From an uncultured Ignavibacteriales bacterium (GTDB lineage: Bacteria > Zixibacteria > MSB-5A5 > GN15 > JAAZOE01), in contig CAZSYD010000017.1 of the NCBI GenBank assembly GCA_964611355.1, positions 1 to 43,546 on the forward strand: a stretch of DNA of 43,546 nucleotides, in the 5' to 3' direction. A program made the position numbers and the translations under genes. The notes under the pieces were generated by a model. The model saw only the letters and a list, made by a program, of their open reading frames with translations, was not told where the DNA came from and did no database searches. Positions within the stretch are counted from its first letter, which is position 1, and each line of letters begins with the position of its first letter. This document shows, piece by piece, positions 8,659 to 18,589 of the stretch.

Positions 8659-9450
8659 ATGAAACGATTGAGCCGATTGATTTTGGTGATACTTGCAGTA
8701 TCGCTTTGGGTCTGGAGTTGCGCGGGTCCGCCGACGGAAAGAGACGTCGGTTTGACTCTGCTGGCTCCGGATTACCTGGAAGGCATCCTGGAGAAAGCGA
8801 CCAATCAGTTCTATGAGGAAAATCAGATTCCGGTAAAGGTCATTTACGAAAAACCGGAGAATATTCCTGCCCGGGTTGCCTCCGATTCCGCCATCGATAT
8901 CTTTCTGACCGCTAACCCCGGAAAATTTACACGGCGGCTGCGCCAATCGCTGATGCATCGGGGCATCTATTCCTGCCCGTTCAGGATATCTTTAGTTATC
9001 GCCACCCGCGCCGGAAATGAAGACGCGGCGGTCAAGCCGTTTGACGGCAACCTCGGCCGACTGAAAGACGAATGTTTCCAGCGAGTGGTTATCAATGATC
9101 CGGAGACAACCTATGAGGGACGACTGGCCGCCGAAATCCTGAAGTGCAGGCATCTCTGGAAGGGGCTGCTGCCCAAACTAATCATGGCCGGTTCGACGGA
9201 GCATTTATTAAGCTATCTGGAAACCGCCGAAGCGGATGCCGCCATCGTGTTGGAAAGTTCGCTTCAAAACCTGTCCGGATACGTTATTTTGGATCGGCTT
9301 GATCGCGAAACGGCCGAAAACCTGACACTTTGCGCCGCGGTAACCGTTTCTTCGCAACATAAAGAATCGGCGCAGGCTTTTGTTGACCTGCTCGATTCCC
9401 GGCTGTGTGAAATATACAAGGTAAAGGGTGTTTATCACCAAATACGGTAA
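8659..9450 (+). CDS. ModA-like ABC substrate-binding lipoprotein (divergent)
   Basis: Lipobox-like VWSC, DIFLTAN, VINDPETTYEGRLA.EIL (cf. I.NP...PYG.AA.E.L), EADAAIV, AQAFVD.L.S. Confidence 0.65.
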   Translation: MKRLSRLILVILAVSLWVWSCAGPPTERDVGLTLLAPDYLEGILEKATNQFYEENQIPVKVIYEKPENIPARVASDSAIDIFLTANPGKFTRRLRQSLMHRGIYSCPFRISLVIATRAGNEDAAVKPFDGNLGRLKDECFQRVVINDPETTYEGRLAAEILKCRHLWKGLLPKLIMAGSTEHLLSYLETAEADAAIVLESSLQNLSGYVILDRLDRETAENLTLCAAVTVSSQHKESAQAFVDLLDSRLCEIYKVKGVYHQIR

Positions 9451-9514
9451 TTGAGGCAGGTTTTGCTCTCCGGGGCAAATTCGGCCGGACGGATTTTTTA
9501 TTTCTGCATGGCGC

Positions 9515-9544
9515 TTGCCTTTTGGCGTATGCGAGTCTTATATT
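9515..9544 (+). promoter_or_regulatory. sigma70-type promoter for comEA-pilM-like-rsmD-coaD
   Basis: TTGCCT-N18-TATATT. Confidence 0.4.
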
Positions 9545-9570
9545 TGTAGTTGTATTAAACGATAACACCA

Positions 9571-9939
9571 ATGAACCGATTCTTTGAATTTTCCGGGGCG
9601 CAGATAAAAACGCTGACCATTCTGGCCGTTCTCGTACTCCTAGGCGGAAGCTACAAGTTTATCCGCGATTATTACCTGCATCCGCAGGCTGCGCCACACA
9701 TCTGGCGAGTGGAAGCGATGGACGACTATCAACCGACGCTGATTCTGGATCTTAACTTCGCGCCTGTTGATTCTCTGGAACTGGTGCCGGGTATCGGGCC
9801 GGTACTCTCACAACGAATCGACGATTACAGAAAAGCGCACGGGCCTTTTACGGCCGTTGATTCACTGGCCAACGTGCCGGGCATCGGCCCCGCCAAGCTG
9901 AAGCAATTGCGCAAGTACTTCCGGGTAATACAACGGTGA
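9571..9939 (+). CDS. comEA: ComEA-family helix-hairpin-helix DNA-binding protein
   Basis: N-terminal TM, LDLN.A..DSL..VPGIGP..SQRI.DYR..HGPF..VDSL.NVPGIGP.KL. Confidence 0.85.
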   Translation: MNRFFEFSGAQIKTLTILAVLVLLGGSYKFIRDYYLHPQAAPHIWRVEAMDDYQPTLILDLNFAPVDSLELVPGIGPVLSQRIDDYRKAHGPFTAVDSLANVPGIGPAKLKQLRKYFRVIQR

Positions 9940-10799
9940 AAAACGTGTGGGAATCATACGGAGCCGCCCGCCGGGGAGGCAAGTTGCTGGTCGCCCGGGT
10001 CGAAAACGACGGCGTCCGGCTAAAGATAACATCGTTTCTCACCTCCGACGACAACCCCCGCAGCGACACGCTCGACGGCGGACGTCTTTTCTTCAGCGTC
10101 GATAAGCGGCTGTCGGTGATTAAAAAAATCGAAGTAAAGAAAAGTTCCCCGATTGAAGCGGCCCGGCTGGTTCGCTTTGAAATGTCTCAATCTCTTCTCG
10201 AACCGCCAGAGAGCTTTTATTTTGATTTCCTGCCGATTGACGAGCGCAATGAATACCGCCGGTTCCTGTCAATTGCTTGCCACAAGGCCGAGGTTGACAG
10301 ACAGGCGGACGAATACGCCAACCAGCTACGAAAACCATCCGGCTTCAAGCTCGACGCCGTGGCCCTGGCGGCCGGATACCTGACCTTCTGCCGAACCGAA
10401 CCCGGCGATCTGCAGGCGCTGGTTGATATCGACGCTGACTACGCCGTATTGGCCATCTTGTATAAACAAAAGCTTCGAGCCGTTGACTGCCTGAAGACGC
10501 CGACGGGCGAAAAAATAACCGCAACAGGAGCCGAGCGTCTGGCGGCCGAACTCCGGATGACGCTGAGTTATCATCTGGCCGAACTGTTTCGAGAGGGAAT
10601 CACCGTGCCGCCTTCAAGTATCATCCTGTCGGGATGTCACGACGACGACGAAATCCTTATCAAATCGCTCTCCGGGCACTTCACCACGAATATCACGCGT
10701 CCTCACTTCAATGAAGGCTTTTTTCAACCGGCGTCGGAAACAATCGACCGTTACCGGCCGGAACGGTTTCTTATACCGCTGGGGCTAGCCATAGAATGA
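9936..10799 (+). CDS. Degenerate PilM/FtsA-like (actin-fold) protein
   Basis: VRFEM...L..P.E.FYFDF, LDAVALA..Y, ALVDI, ELR.TL.Y, IILSG, PLGLA C-terminus. Confidence 0.6.
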   Translation: MKNVWESYGAARRGGKLLVARVENDGVRLKITSFLTSDDNPRSDTLDGGRLFFSVDKRLSVIKKIEVKKSSPIEAARLVRFEMSQSLLEPPESFYFDFLPIDERNEYRRFLSIACHKAEVDRQADEYANQLRKPSGFKLDAVALAAGYLTFCRTEPGDLQALVDIDADYAVLAILYKQKLRAVDCLKTPTGEKITATGAERLAAELRMTLSYHLAELFREGITVPPSSIILSGCHDDDEILIKSLSGHFTTNITRPHFNEGFFQPASETIDRYRPERFLIPLGLAIE

Positions 10800-11335
10800 G
10801 TGTGCGTATTATGGGCGGATACCTCAAGGGTTATCCGATAAAGACCCTGCCGGGCCATCAAATGCGTCCCACAACCGGACGGGTCCGCGAGGCGATCTTT
10901 TCTATCCTGCAGCATGAAATCACGGGGTCGGAAGTGCTCGATATTTTCGCCGGTTCCGGCGCACTGGCGATCGAGGCGATCTCGCGTGGGGCCGCCTCGG
11001 CGGTCCTGATTGAAAAAAACCAAAAGGCAGCCGCCGTTATCAGGAAAAACCTTGAAAAATGCCATCTCGATCTGCGATTGATCGCAACTCACTATCGCAC
11101 CGCCCTAGAAATACTGTCCACCGAAGAGAAAAAATTCGATCTTGTTTTTGCCGATCCGCCATACGAGCTGATCCGCCCCAACGAGATGTTTGATCTTCTG
11201 GCTAATTATCCTTTGGTCAAACCGAACGGATTTCTTATAATGGAGCATTCGGGAAGCCTGTCACCGGAAGGAGGAGACATTATCAAAACGCGCAGATTCG
11301 GAGATTCCGCCGTCACGATTTATAAATATGAATAA
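10796..11335 (+). CDS. rsmD: 16S rRNA m2G966 methyltransferase
   Basis: RIMGG.LKG, RPTT.RVREAIF, LDIFAGSGALAIEAISRGA, FADPPY. Confidence 0.95.
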   Translation: MSVRIMGGYLKGYPIKTLPGHQMRPTTGRVREAIFSILQHEITGSEVLDIFAGSGALAIEAISRGAASAVLIEKNQKAAAVIRKNLEKCHLDLRLIATHYRTALEILSTEEKKFDLVFADPPYELIRPNEMFDLLANYPLVKPNGFLIMEHSGSLSPEGGDIIKTRRFGDSAVTIYKYE

Positions 11336-11822
11336 GAAAAGGAAAATAATCGCCCTCTATCCCGGGACATTCGACCCGATAACCAATGGTCATACCTCGC
11401 TGATCGACCGCGCCCTGGGGCTTTTCGACGAGCTTATCGTTGCGGTAGCTCGCAGCACCACTAAAGAAACCCTGTTTACGGCCGAGGAACGGCTGGAGAT
11501 GATTCAAAAAACGCTGGCCGGAAACAAGCGGGTCCGAACGGAGATATTTGACAGCCTGCTGGCTGACTATGCCCGTTCAATCGGCGCCTCGGCCATTATC
11601 CGGGGACTTCGGGCGGTGTCCGACTTTGAGTACGAATTCCAGATGGCTCTGATGAACAGGCGACTGGAGCATAATATCGAGACGGTCTTTTTGATGCCGG
11701 CGCTATCTTGGGTGTACCTGTCGTCAACCATCGTCAAGGAAGTGGCCAAACACGGCGGCGACATCAAGGGCCTGGTTCCCGAACCGGTAGCCGAGATGCT
11801 GATTAGGAAATTTAAGCGGTAA
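11328..11822 (+). CDS. coaD: Phosphopantetheine adenylyltransferase
   Basis: YPGTFDPITNGH, IIRGLRAVSDFEYEFQMALMNR, LSSTIVKEVA. Confidence 0.97.
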   Translation: MNKKRKIIALYPGTFDPITNGHTSLIDRALGLFDELIVAVARSTTKETLFTAEERLEMIQKTLAGNKRVRTEIFDSLLADYARSIGASAIIRGLRAVSDFEYEFQMALMNRRLEHNIETVFLMPALSWVYLSSTIVKEVAKHGGDIKGLVPEPVAEMLIRKFKR

Positions 11823-11968
11823 GTACAAATAAACCGGCCCCCTTAGGTTAAATCAATGAAGTTTATATGCCGTCGTGAACCGGCGTTCAATAAACCCGCC
11901 CCGGCCGGGATTATTCAGGCGTTCCTGCAGGCTTCGCTAATCACAGCAAGATTCAAAGAATAAACTCA

Positions 11969-12385
11969 TCAATCCCGGTTGCCGGTGGTATCGGGCCGGG
12001 GCATCGTCGAAAACGTCCAGATATAATAATCGCCCAGTTGATTACCGGCCTCATCCTCAACCGCCGGATATATATAAACAAAATAAGCCTGATCATACGT
12101 CAGAATACCCGACGGATTAAATGTCGCAGTACTGTCCTCGCAATTGATCGAGCCGGTAGTGTTGTCGCTTATGAAAAAGGTCTCGGGGTTAATGCTGGTC
12201 GCCTTCATTTTTTCCGAAAAGGTAATTGATATTTTAGCGTTAACCGGAATGTTGCAAGCATAGCTGTCGGGACTGGTTGATACCACACCGGGCCGGGTGG
12301 TGTCGGGTTCCGGTTCGATCAGCTTGTCATCCTCGGAACAGCCAAGTATCAACAACAGGAATATGATCGCAAGAAAAGGTCTCAT
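11969..12385 (-). CDS. Lipoprotein with Big_5/SbsA-type Ig-like domain
   Basis: Lipobox ILGC; DTT.P.VVSTSP, ISITFSE.M...SI, ATF.P, V.D.AGN.L...Y.WTFST. Confidence 0.8.
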   Translation of the reverse strand: MRPFLAIIFLLLILGCSEDDKLIEPEPDTTRPGVVSTSPDSYACNIPVNAKISITFSEKMKATSINPETFFISDNTTGSINCEDSTATFNPSGILTYDQAYFVYIYPAVEDEAGNQLGDYYIWTFSTMPRPDTTGNRD

Positions 12386-12408
12386 ACCGCCTTCCCTGAA
12401 CGGAGAGA

Positions 12409-13041
12409 TTATTCCAACCTAATCTCAATAAGGTCATGCATTGATAGCGGGCGCAACCCCGCTTTATCAAAAACCTCCATCCTGATCCCGCCCACGCCGG
12501 GCGCAAAATAATAATCAACTATAATGTTTTGGATGTTGGTGAGCTGAGTATATCTGTAGCACGTAAAGGTCCCTGCGGGAACGGTAACTTCGGTATCGGC
12601 AGCGATCACCCGGTTTTCCACCGTAATATCTCCAATATTCCAGTTGTACTCATCTCCCGGCGAGGCCGGATATTTCAAAAACAAAAATGGCTCCTGGTTC
12701 CGGCGACACTGCCAGAACCCGTCCTCGCGGTTTATCACACGGCCTCCTGGAGGAGTCATGTCTTTCACGACAAACCATCTTTCGCTGTCGATAATCGTAT
12801 CCCCCGTGACTTCAAAGGTATCTATCCGGACCGGCTTCATTATGTTATCGATCGTATCCAGACCGCTGATCTCATAAACCCATATATTTCCGATGGTCAG
12901 AGGCATAATGACCGTGGTGTCCAGACCCTCTTGGGAAAAGCTTTTCTCCCCTTCGGTACCGGGGATATCCCCGGCGGTCTCATCGTTGCCGCCGCAGCCG
13001 ATTAAGATCAAAACCACAAAAAGTAATAATGCCTGTTTCAT
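12409..13041 (-). CDS. Hypothetical lipoprotein
   Basis: Lipobox LIGC; MPL.IGN.WVYE, VTVPAGTF.C, YYFAPGVG.IR motifs. Confidence 0.75.
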   Translation of the reverse strand: MKQALLLFVVLILIGCGGNDETAGDIPGTEGEKSFSQEGLDTTVIMPLTIGNIWVYEISGLDTIDNIMKPVRIDTFEVTGDTIIDSERWFVVKDMTPPGGRVINREDGFWQCRRNQEPFLFLKYPASPGDEYNWNIGDITVENRVIAADTEVTVPAGTFTCYRYTQLTNIQNIIVDYYFAPGVGGIRMEVFDKAGLRPLSMHDLIEIRLE

Positions 13042-13079
13042 ATATGTGAGCCTCTTCTATTTTACGCTTATCCTTAATA

Positions 13080-13107
13080 AATATAGTCGATTTCTTATTT
13101 TGGTCAA
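13080..13107 (-). promoter_or_regulatory. sigma70-type promoter for the two lipoprotein genes
   Basis: TTGACC-N16-TATATT on the minus strand. Confidence 0.45.
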
Positions 13108-13148
13108 TAACTTCGTTTGTTTCCCCGGCAAAAAACCGACATTACCTG

Positions 13149-13177
13149 TTTACATCCGGGTCTCGAAATAATATATA
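13149..13177 (+). promoter_or_regulatory. sigma70-type promoter for the lysS operon
   Basis: TTTACA-N17-TATATA. Confidence 0.45.
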
Positions 13178-13261
13178 TGGTATCGCTATCGGATACCGGC
13201 GGCATAACGATATGCGGCCATAGAAGGAACGCAAATAAGGATTGACTAACAAGGATACGCC

Positions 13262-14791
13262 ATGAGTGACAGGCCCGAGCAGCAGGATACTCAGCAACCG
13301 ATCGAACAGGTTATTGCGGGGCGGATAAGCAAATTGGAAAATATTCGGAAGGCGGGAGTAAATCCTTTCCCGTACCGGTTTGAGCGGACTCATACAACGC
13401 ACCAGGCTCTCAAGCAGTACGACATACTGGCCGACAACGAAACCGAAATCAAAATGGCCGGGCGCATCATGTCGATCCGCAGGATGGGCAAGGCGCTCTT
13501 TTTCCATCTCCAGGATGAGTTCGGACGTCTGCAGGCGTACGTCAAAAAAAACGTCGTGGGAGATGAGTTGTGGGAACTTTTCGGACTGTTCGATATCGGC
13601 GATATTATCGGTCTGACCGGTTCAATGTTCACCACCAAGACCGGCGAAAAAACGATAAGGGTACAAAAGTTTGATCTCTTGACCAAATCGCTTCATCCGC
13701 TGCCGGAAAAATTCCACGGCTTAACCGACAAGGAGACCCGTTACCGCCGCCGATACGCCGACCTGATCGCCAATCCGGACGTGCGCGAAACGTTTAAGCT
13801 GCGCTCGAAGACTATCGCGGCCATCAGGGATTTCCTGAATGATCGCGGTTTTATCGAGGTGGAAACGCCTATTTTGCAACCGCTCTACGGCGGCGGCGCT
13901 GCGGTGCCGTTCGAGACCTATCATAATAAGCTGGACATGAAACTGTACCTCCGCATCGCCGATGAGCTTTATCTCAAGAGGCTGATTATCGGCGGCTTCG
14001 AAAAAGTGTGGGAATTCTGCAAAGATTTCCGCAACGAAGGAATGGACCGCCTGCATAACCCGGAATTTTCCATGATCGAACTGTACCAGGCGTACGCCGA
14101 CTATAACGACATCATGGAGCTTCTTGAAGATCTGCTGCGCCATACGGTCAAAACCGTTCGGGGAACGACGATGATCGAATACGAAGGCAAAAAGATAGAT
14201 TTCGGTCCGCCGTTCAAACGGATCGCCATGCTGGAAGCGATCAGGGAAAAGGGCGGCCCGGACCTGTCCGATTTCAACTTCGAGCGCGGCCTGAAACTCG
14301 CTCGTGAAGCAGGTATGGATACAACAAAGATAATCAATCACGGCAAAGTTGTGGCGGCGTTCTTTGAAAATCTGGTCGAACCGACCCTGATATCGCCGAT
14401 CTTTGTCGTCGACTTCCCGCGCGATATTTCACCTCTGGCCAAGGCGCACCGCGACAACCCCAACCTGGCCGAACGGTTCGAGCTTTTTATCGCCGGTATG
14501 GAATGCGGCAACGCCTTCTCGGAACTTAACGACCCGATCGACCAGGAAAAGCGTTTTATCGACCAGGGAAAAGTCGCCGATGCGGGCGACGAAGAAGCCC
14601 ATCAGCTTGACCGGGATTTCATAACCGCCCTGAAATTCGGCATGCCGCCGACCGGCGGGCTTGGCGTCGGTATCGACCGACTGGTAATGGTTCTGACCGA
14701 TTCACACTCGATTCGCGATGTGATTTTCTTCCCCCAGATGCGGCCGGAAAGCGGGAAAACCACATATGGAGAAAAATCGGACAAAGAATAA
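13262..14791 (+). CDS. lysS: Lysine--tRNA ligase (class II)
   Basis: LPEKFHGL.D.ETRYRRRY.DLI, YLRIA.ELYLKRL, FRNEG....HNPEF, GMPPTGGLGVGIDRL. Confidence 0.98.
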   Translation: MSDRPEQQDTQQPIEQVIAGRISKLENIRKAGVNPFPYRFERTHTTHQALKQYDILADNETEIKMAGRIMSIRRMGKALFFHLQDEFGRLQAYVKKNVVGDELWELFGLFDIGDIIGLTGSMFTTKTGEKTIRVQKFDLLTKSLHPLPEKFHGLTDKETRYRRRYADLIANPDVRETFKLRSKTIAAIRDFLNDRGFIEVETPILQPLYGGGAAVPFETYHNKLDMKLYLRIADELYLKRLIIGGFEKVWEFCKDFRNEGMDRLHNPEFSMIELYQAYADYNDIMELLEDLLRHTVKTVRGTTMIEYEGKKIDFGPPFKRIAMLEAIREKGGPDLSDFNFERGLKLAREAGMDTTKIINHGKVVAAFFENLVEPTLISPIFVVDFPRDISPLAKAHRDNPNLAERFELFIAGMECGNAFSELNDPIDQEKRFIDQGKVADAGDEEAHQLDRDFITALKFGMPPTGGLGVGIDRLVMVLTDSHSIRDVIFFPQMRPESGKTTYGEKSDKE

Positions 14792-14858
14792 AATTATTGT
14801 GAGCAGCAGATGTGCGCGTCTGCTATTCCAAGGGCAGTAAAGTTGAAAGACGACCATA

Positions 14859-16079
14859 TTGAATTATGAATGGTTCATCGCCCGCCGCTACCTGATGTCA
14901 CGGCGGAGAGGTTCGTTTATTTCGCTTAACAGCGTCTTCTCCATCGGCGGCGTCGTGGTCGGCGTGGCGGCCCTGATTTTTGTGATGTCGATGATGAACG
15001 GTTTTGAATCCGAAATGCGCACCCGTATCCTCGGTGTGACCTCGCACATTACGGTTTTTCCCCGCTTCGAAGACAGCTTCGCCAACCCGGAACCGGTTAT
15101 GCGGGATCTGCTGGAAATCGACGGCGTGGCGGCGGCGGCGCCGTTTATCTATTATAAGGCGGCGGTGGCTTCCAAAGAAACCGGCGACGGCATCGTGGTG
15201 CGGGGAATCGATCCGGCTCAGGAAGATAAGATAACCGATTTGCAGTCAAAAATCCTGACCGGCAGCTATGATCTTTCGCACAATGAAAAAGGAGAAGGTG
15301 GAATTTTTATCGGCACGACGCTGGCCACCAGCCTTAACGTTATGCCGGGCGACCCGCTGGTGCTTTTTTCGATAAAGGGAGAAAATCTTCGCGCCGGCGC
15401 TCAGCCGAAAGCAAAGAAGTTCCGGGTCGCCGCCATCTTCGAAACCGGCATGTACGAATACGATGCCTCAATGGCCTATATATCGATTCCCGACGCTGAC
15501 GACCTGTTCAAAACCGGCGGCGTTACGGGCATACATCTCAAGACAATAGATATTTTCAAGGCCGATATCGTGGCCGAAAAAATCAACCGAAAATACGCCG
15601 AAAAGTATGATGCCGTTGACTGGAAAAAGATGCACAAGAACCTGTTTTCCTGGATGGAACTGGAAAAGATAGGAATGTTCATCGCGCTGTCGCTGATTAT
15701 AGCCGTGGCCGCATTTAACATCATATCAACCCTGGTCATGATTGTGATGGAAAAAAGGCACGAAATCGGTATTTTGAAGACGATGGGATCGGCGCCGGCG
15801 TCTGTTTCGCGGATATTTATACTGATCGGGCTGGTGGTCGGTACGATTGGCTGTCTTTTCGGATGGTTGCTGGGATACCTGTTATGCGAACTGCAGATTA
15901 GATTTGAGGTTGTCTCACTTCCCCCCGAAATATATTTTATCAGCAGCCTGCCGATCGATATGCGGCCTTTTGATTTTATCATCGTCGGATTGGCCACGAT
16001 TATACTATGCTTTCTGGCAACGCTTTACCCGGCCGGAAGAGCAGCCCGGCTGTCAGTTGTGGAGGTTTTGCGCCAATAA
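14859..16079 (+). CDS. lolE: Lipoprotein-releasing ABC permease (LolC/LolE family)
   Basis: FIARRYL, MSMMNGF, FETGMYEYD, VAAFNIISTL.M.V.EK..EIGILKTMG, LATLYPA.RAA; TTG start. Confidence 0.9.
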   Translation: MNYEWFIARRYLMSRRRGSFISLNSVFSIGGVVVGVAALIFVMSMMNGFESEMRTRILGVTSHITVFPRFEDSFANPEPVMRDLLEIDGVAAAAPFIYYKAAVASKETGDGIVVRGIDPAQEDKITDLQSKILTGSYDLSHNEKGEGGIFIGTTLATSLNVMPGDPLVLFSIKGENLRAGAQPKAKKFRVAAIFETGMYEYDASMAYISIPDADDLFKTGGVTGIHLKTIDIFKADIVAEKINRKYAEKYDAVDWKKMHKNLFSWMELEKIGMFIALSLIIAVAAFNIISTLVMIVMEKRHEIGILKTMGSAPASVSRIFILIGLVVGTIGCLFGWLLGYLLCELQIRFEVVSLPPEIYFISSLPIDMRPFDFIIVGLATIILCFLATLYPAGRAARLSVVEVLRQ

Positions 16080-16222
16080 ATGACCCATTATGGAAATAAT
16101 CACAGGCCGCCTTCGGGGAAGAATAAACGAGAAATAATCCCGAAGTTATCTTTGTAAGTAATTACAAGGTAAAGAAATTGGCAAATTTGGCGATTATATG
16201 GATAGGCTGCGGTGTTTAAGTA

Positions 16223-16924
16223 ATGAACAGCGATCAGCGGGATAAAGAACCCATTCTAAGATCGTATGATATCCACCGTGGTTTTGATACCCCGGAAGGG
16301 AGAATTGAGGTTTTGCAGGGAGTAGACTTGGAACTGAACCGGGGAGAAATGGTGGCGGTATTGGGGGCATCCGGCGTCGGAAAAACGACTTTGCTTCATA
16401 TTCTGGGTGGACTCGATCGCCCTGACAAAGGCGAAATATCGTTTGGGGACAAATCGTACGCCGCAATGTCGGAAGCCCAACTGGCCGTTTTCCGGAACCG
16501 TTATGTGGGATTCGTTTTTCAGTTCCATTACCTGCTGGAAGAGTTCTCGGCCCTGGAAAATGTCATGATACCGCTTCTGATAGCATCACGACCGCAGAGT
16601 GAAGCCCGGCAGCGTGCGGAACTTCTACTCCACGAAGTCGGTTTAAAAGATAGGACCGGTCATCGACCGGCCGAATTGTCGGGTGGTGAAAAGCAAAGAG
16701 TCGCCGTGGCCCGGGCGCTGGCAAGGGAACCGGAACTGGTTATTGCCGACGAACCCTCCGGCAATCTTGATGCGGATACGGGTCGTGAGCTTCACAAGCT
16801 CCTGGTTGAACTCAACCGGAGCAAGCAAACGACCTTTTTGATCGCCACCCATAACCAGCCGCTGGCGGAAATGGCTCATCGGGTAGTCCGGCTCCGCGAC
16901 GGCAAAAACGAGGCCAGGACATAA
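16223..16924 (+). CDS. lolD: Lipoprotein-releasing ABC ATPase
   Basis: [60 protein letters not shown]. Confidence 0.92.
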   Translation: MNSDQRDKEPILRSYDIHRGFDTPEGRIEVLQGVDLELNRGEMVAVLGASGVGKTTLLHILGGLDRPDKGEISFGDKSYAAMSEAQLAVFRNRYVGFVFQFHYLLEEFSALENVMIPLLIASRPQSEARQRAELLLHEVGLKDRTGHRPAELSGGEKQRVAVARALAREPELVIADEPSGNLDADTGRELHKLLVELNRSKQTTFLIATHNQPLAEMAHRVVRLRDGKNEART

Positions 16925-16972
16925 TCGGAATCGTGGGAATCGGATTCCGTTATTGGAAAGCGCGGGTAAAAA

Positions 16973-17524
16973 ATGAAATGCGATTATTGTGACCGGGAAG
17001 CGTCGGTACACCTGACCCAGATAATCAATAACAAGAAGGTCGTCCTCAATTTATGCAAGGAATGCGCCGCCAAGAGAGGTTTTCATTCCCCATTGGATAA
17101 CATTCCTTTCCCGCTGTCAAGCTTCCTTTCCGGTCTGCTGAGTCAGGAAAAGTCAAAAAAAGACAGCAACGACGTGGTTCCCACCGACTTGGTCTGTCCC
17201 AATTGCGGCCTCACTTTCGAAGAGTTTTCCCGCCTGGGTCGGTTCGGATGCGGTCAGTGTTATGAAACCTTTAGAAACAAGCTCCAGGGCCTTCTACGCA
17301 AGATCCACGGTTCATCGCTTCATCGGGGTAAACTACCCCCGCTTCTTTCGGAGGAAGGAAGCACTATCAAGGAACAGGAACGACTGCAGGGGGAGTTGGA
17401 GGCGGCTATCGCCGCCGAGGATTTTGAGCGAGCGGCCGATTTGAGAGACAAAATCAAGTCGCTGAACGCCAATAGCGAAAAAGATAAAAATATGCAGGAA
17501 AGCAGGGAAAAGGAAAATGTTTGA
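16973..17524 (+). CDS. mcsA: Protein-arginine kinase activator
   Basis: Four CxxC motifs, GRFGC..CY, H.GK.P, C-terminal UVR domain (EDFERAA.LRD.IK). Confidence 0.93.
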   Translation: MKCDYCDREASVHLTQIINNKKVVLNLCKECAAKRGFHSPLDNIPFPLSSFLSGLLSQEKSKKDSNDVVPTDLVCPNCGLTFEEFSRLGRFGCGQCYETFRNKLQGLLRKIHGSSLHRGKLPPLLSEEGSTIKEQERLQGELEAAIAAEDFERAADLRDKIKSLNANSEKDKNMQESREKENV

Positions 17525-18560
17525 AGAGTTGGCCAAGGCTCCGGTCAGTTGGATGAACGGGGAAGGCGAGGAGTCGCTGGTCGTTCTTTCCAGTCGCGTC
17601 CGCATGGCCCGTAATATCGCCGGGACGAAGTTTCCCACCTCCGCCGACCGCGAAACCCGCGAAAAGGTACTGGAGTACTTCGATTCGGCCGTTAAAAAAT
17701 CGGAGTTTCTGCGACGGGGCAAGTTCTACCGCGTCGAAGGTATCGAGCGTGACGACAGCAGTTTTCTGGTGGAAAGACATTTGATTTCGCCGACGATGAT
17801 CGGCCATCTCGAAAGTTCCGGCGTTTATATCGGCTCCAGCGACCAAGTTTCGATTATGATCAACGAGGAGGACCACCTGCGCATTCAGGCGATCACCGCC
17901 GGTCTCGAAATGGATCGCTCAATGGAGCTGGCCGCCCAATACGATAACGAGATCGGGCGCCTTTTGGAATACGATTACGACAGCGATTTCGGATTTTTAA
18001 CCGCCTGCCCCACCAACGTCGGCACCGGCCTGCGCGCCTCCGTCCTGATCCATCTGCCGGGTCTGGTCCTGATCCGCGAAATCGATAACGTTATTCAAAA
18101 AATCGCAAAGATGGGGCTGGCCGTGCGCGGTTTCTACGGCGAAGGAACCGACGTGCTGGGCAACCTGTTCCAGATCTCCAACCAGACGACGCTGGGCAAA
18201 TCGGAAAGCGACATTGTCGAAGATGTCCAACGGGTGGCCCGGATCATTATAAGCGACGAGGCCACGGCCCGCGAAAGACTGAAAGAGGAAGCCGGCAATC
18301 AGATAAGCGACAAGATATGGCGGGCATACGGCATACTAAAAAATGCCAGGGTTCTCACGCCGGATGAAGTTATGAATTTGCTTTCCGCCATACGGTTGGG
18401 AATCGCTATGGGGATTATTGATTTTCTGTCGATATCAACCATAAATGAAATTCTCCTTCTTTCCCAGCCGGCGCATCTGATTAAACATTACGGGGGAGAC
18501 ATTAATCCTGAAGAGATGGATGTTCTTCGCGCCCGAATAGTCAGAGAAAAGTTAAAATAG
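17517..18560 (+). CDS. mcsB: Protein-arginine kinase
   Basis: SSRVR.ARN, INEEDHLRIQ, LTACPTNVGTGLRAS, GNLFQISNQTTLG, QPAHL. Confidence 0.95.
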   Translation: MFEELAKAPVSWMNGEGEESLVVLSSRVRMARNIAGTKFPTSADRETREKVLEYFDSAVKKSEFLRRGKFYRVEGIERDDSSFLVERHLISPTMIGHLESSGVYIGSSDQVSIMINEEDHLRIQAITAGLEMDRSMELAAQYDNEIGRLLEYDYDSDFGFLTACPTNVGTGLRASVLIHLPGLVLIREIDNVIQKIAKMGLAVRGFYGEGTDVLGNLFQISNQTTLGKSESDIVEDVQRVARIIISDEATARERLKEEAGNQISDKIWRAYGILKNARVLTPDEVMNLLSAIRLGIAMGIIDFLSISTINEILLLSQPAHLIKHYGGDINPEEMDVLRARIVREKLK

Positions 18561-18589
18561 GAAAATAACACGGGAGGCTTAGCAATAAA

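Noticed and set aside
11827..11902. Near-repeat AATAAACCGGCCC / AATAAACCCGCCC after coaD
   Set aside because: Two short imperfect copies; not CRISPR-like and compatible with chance.
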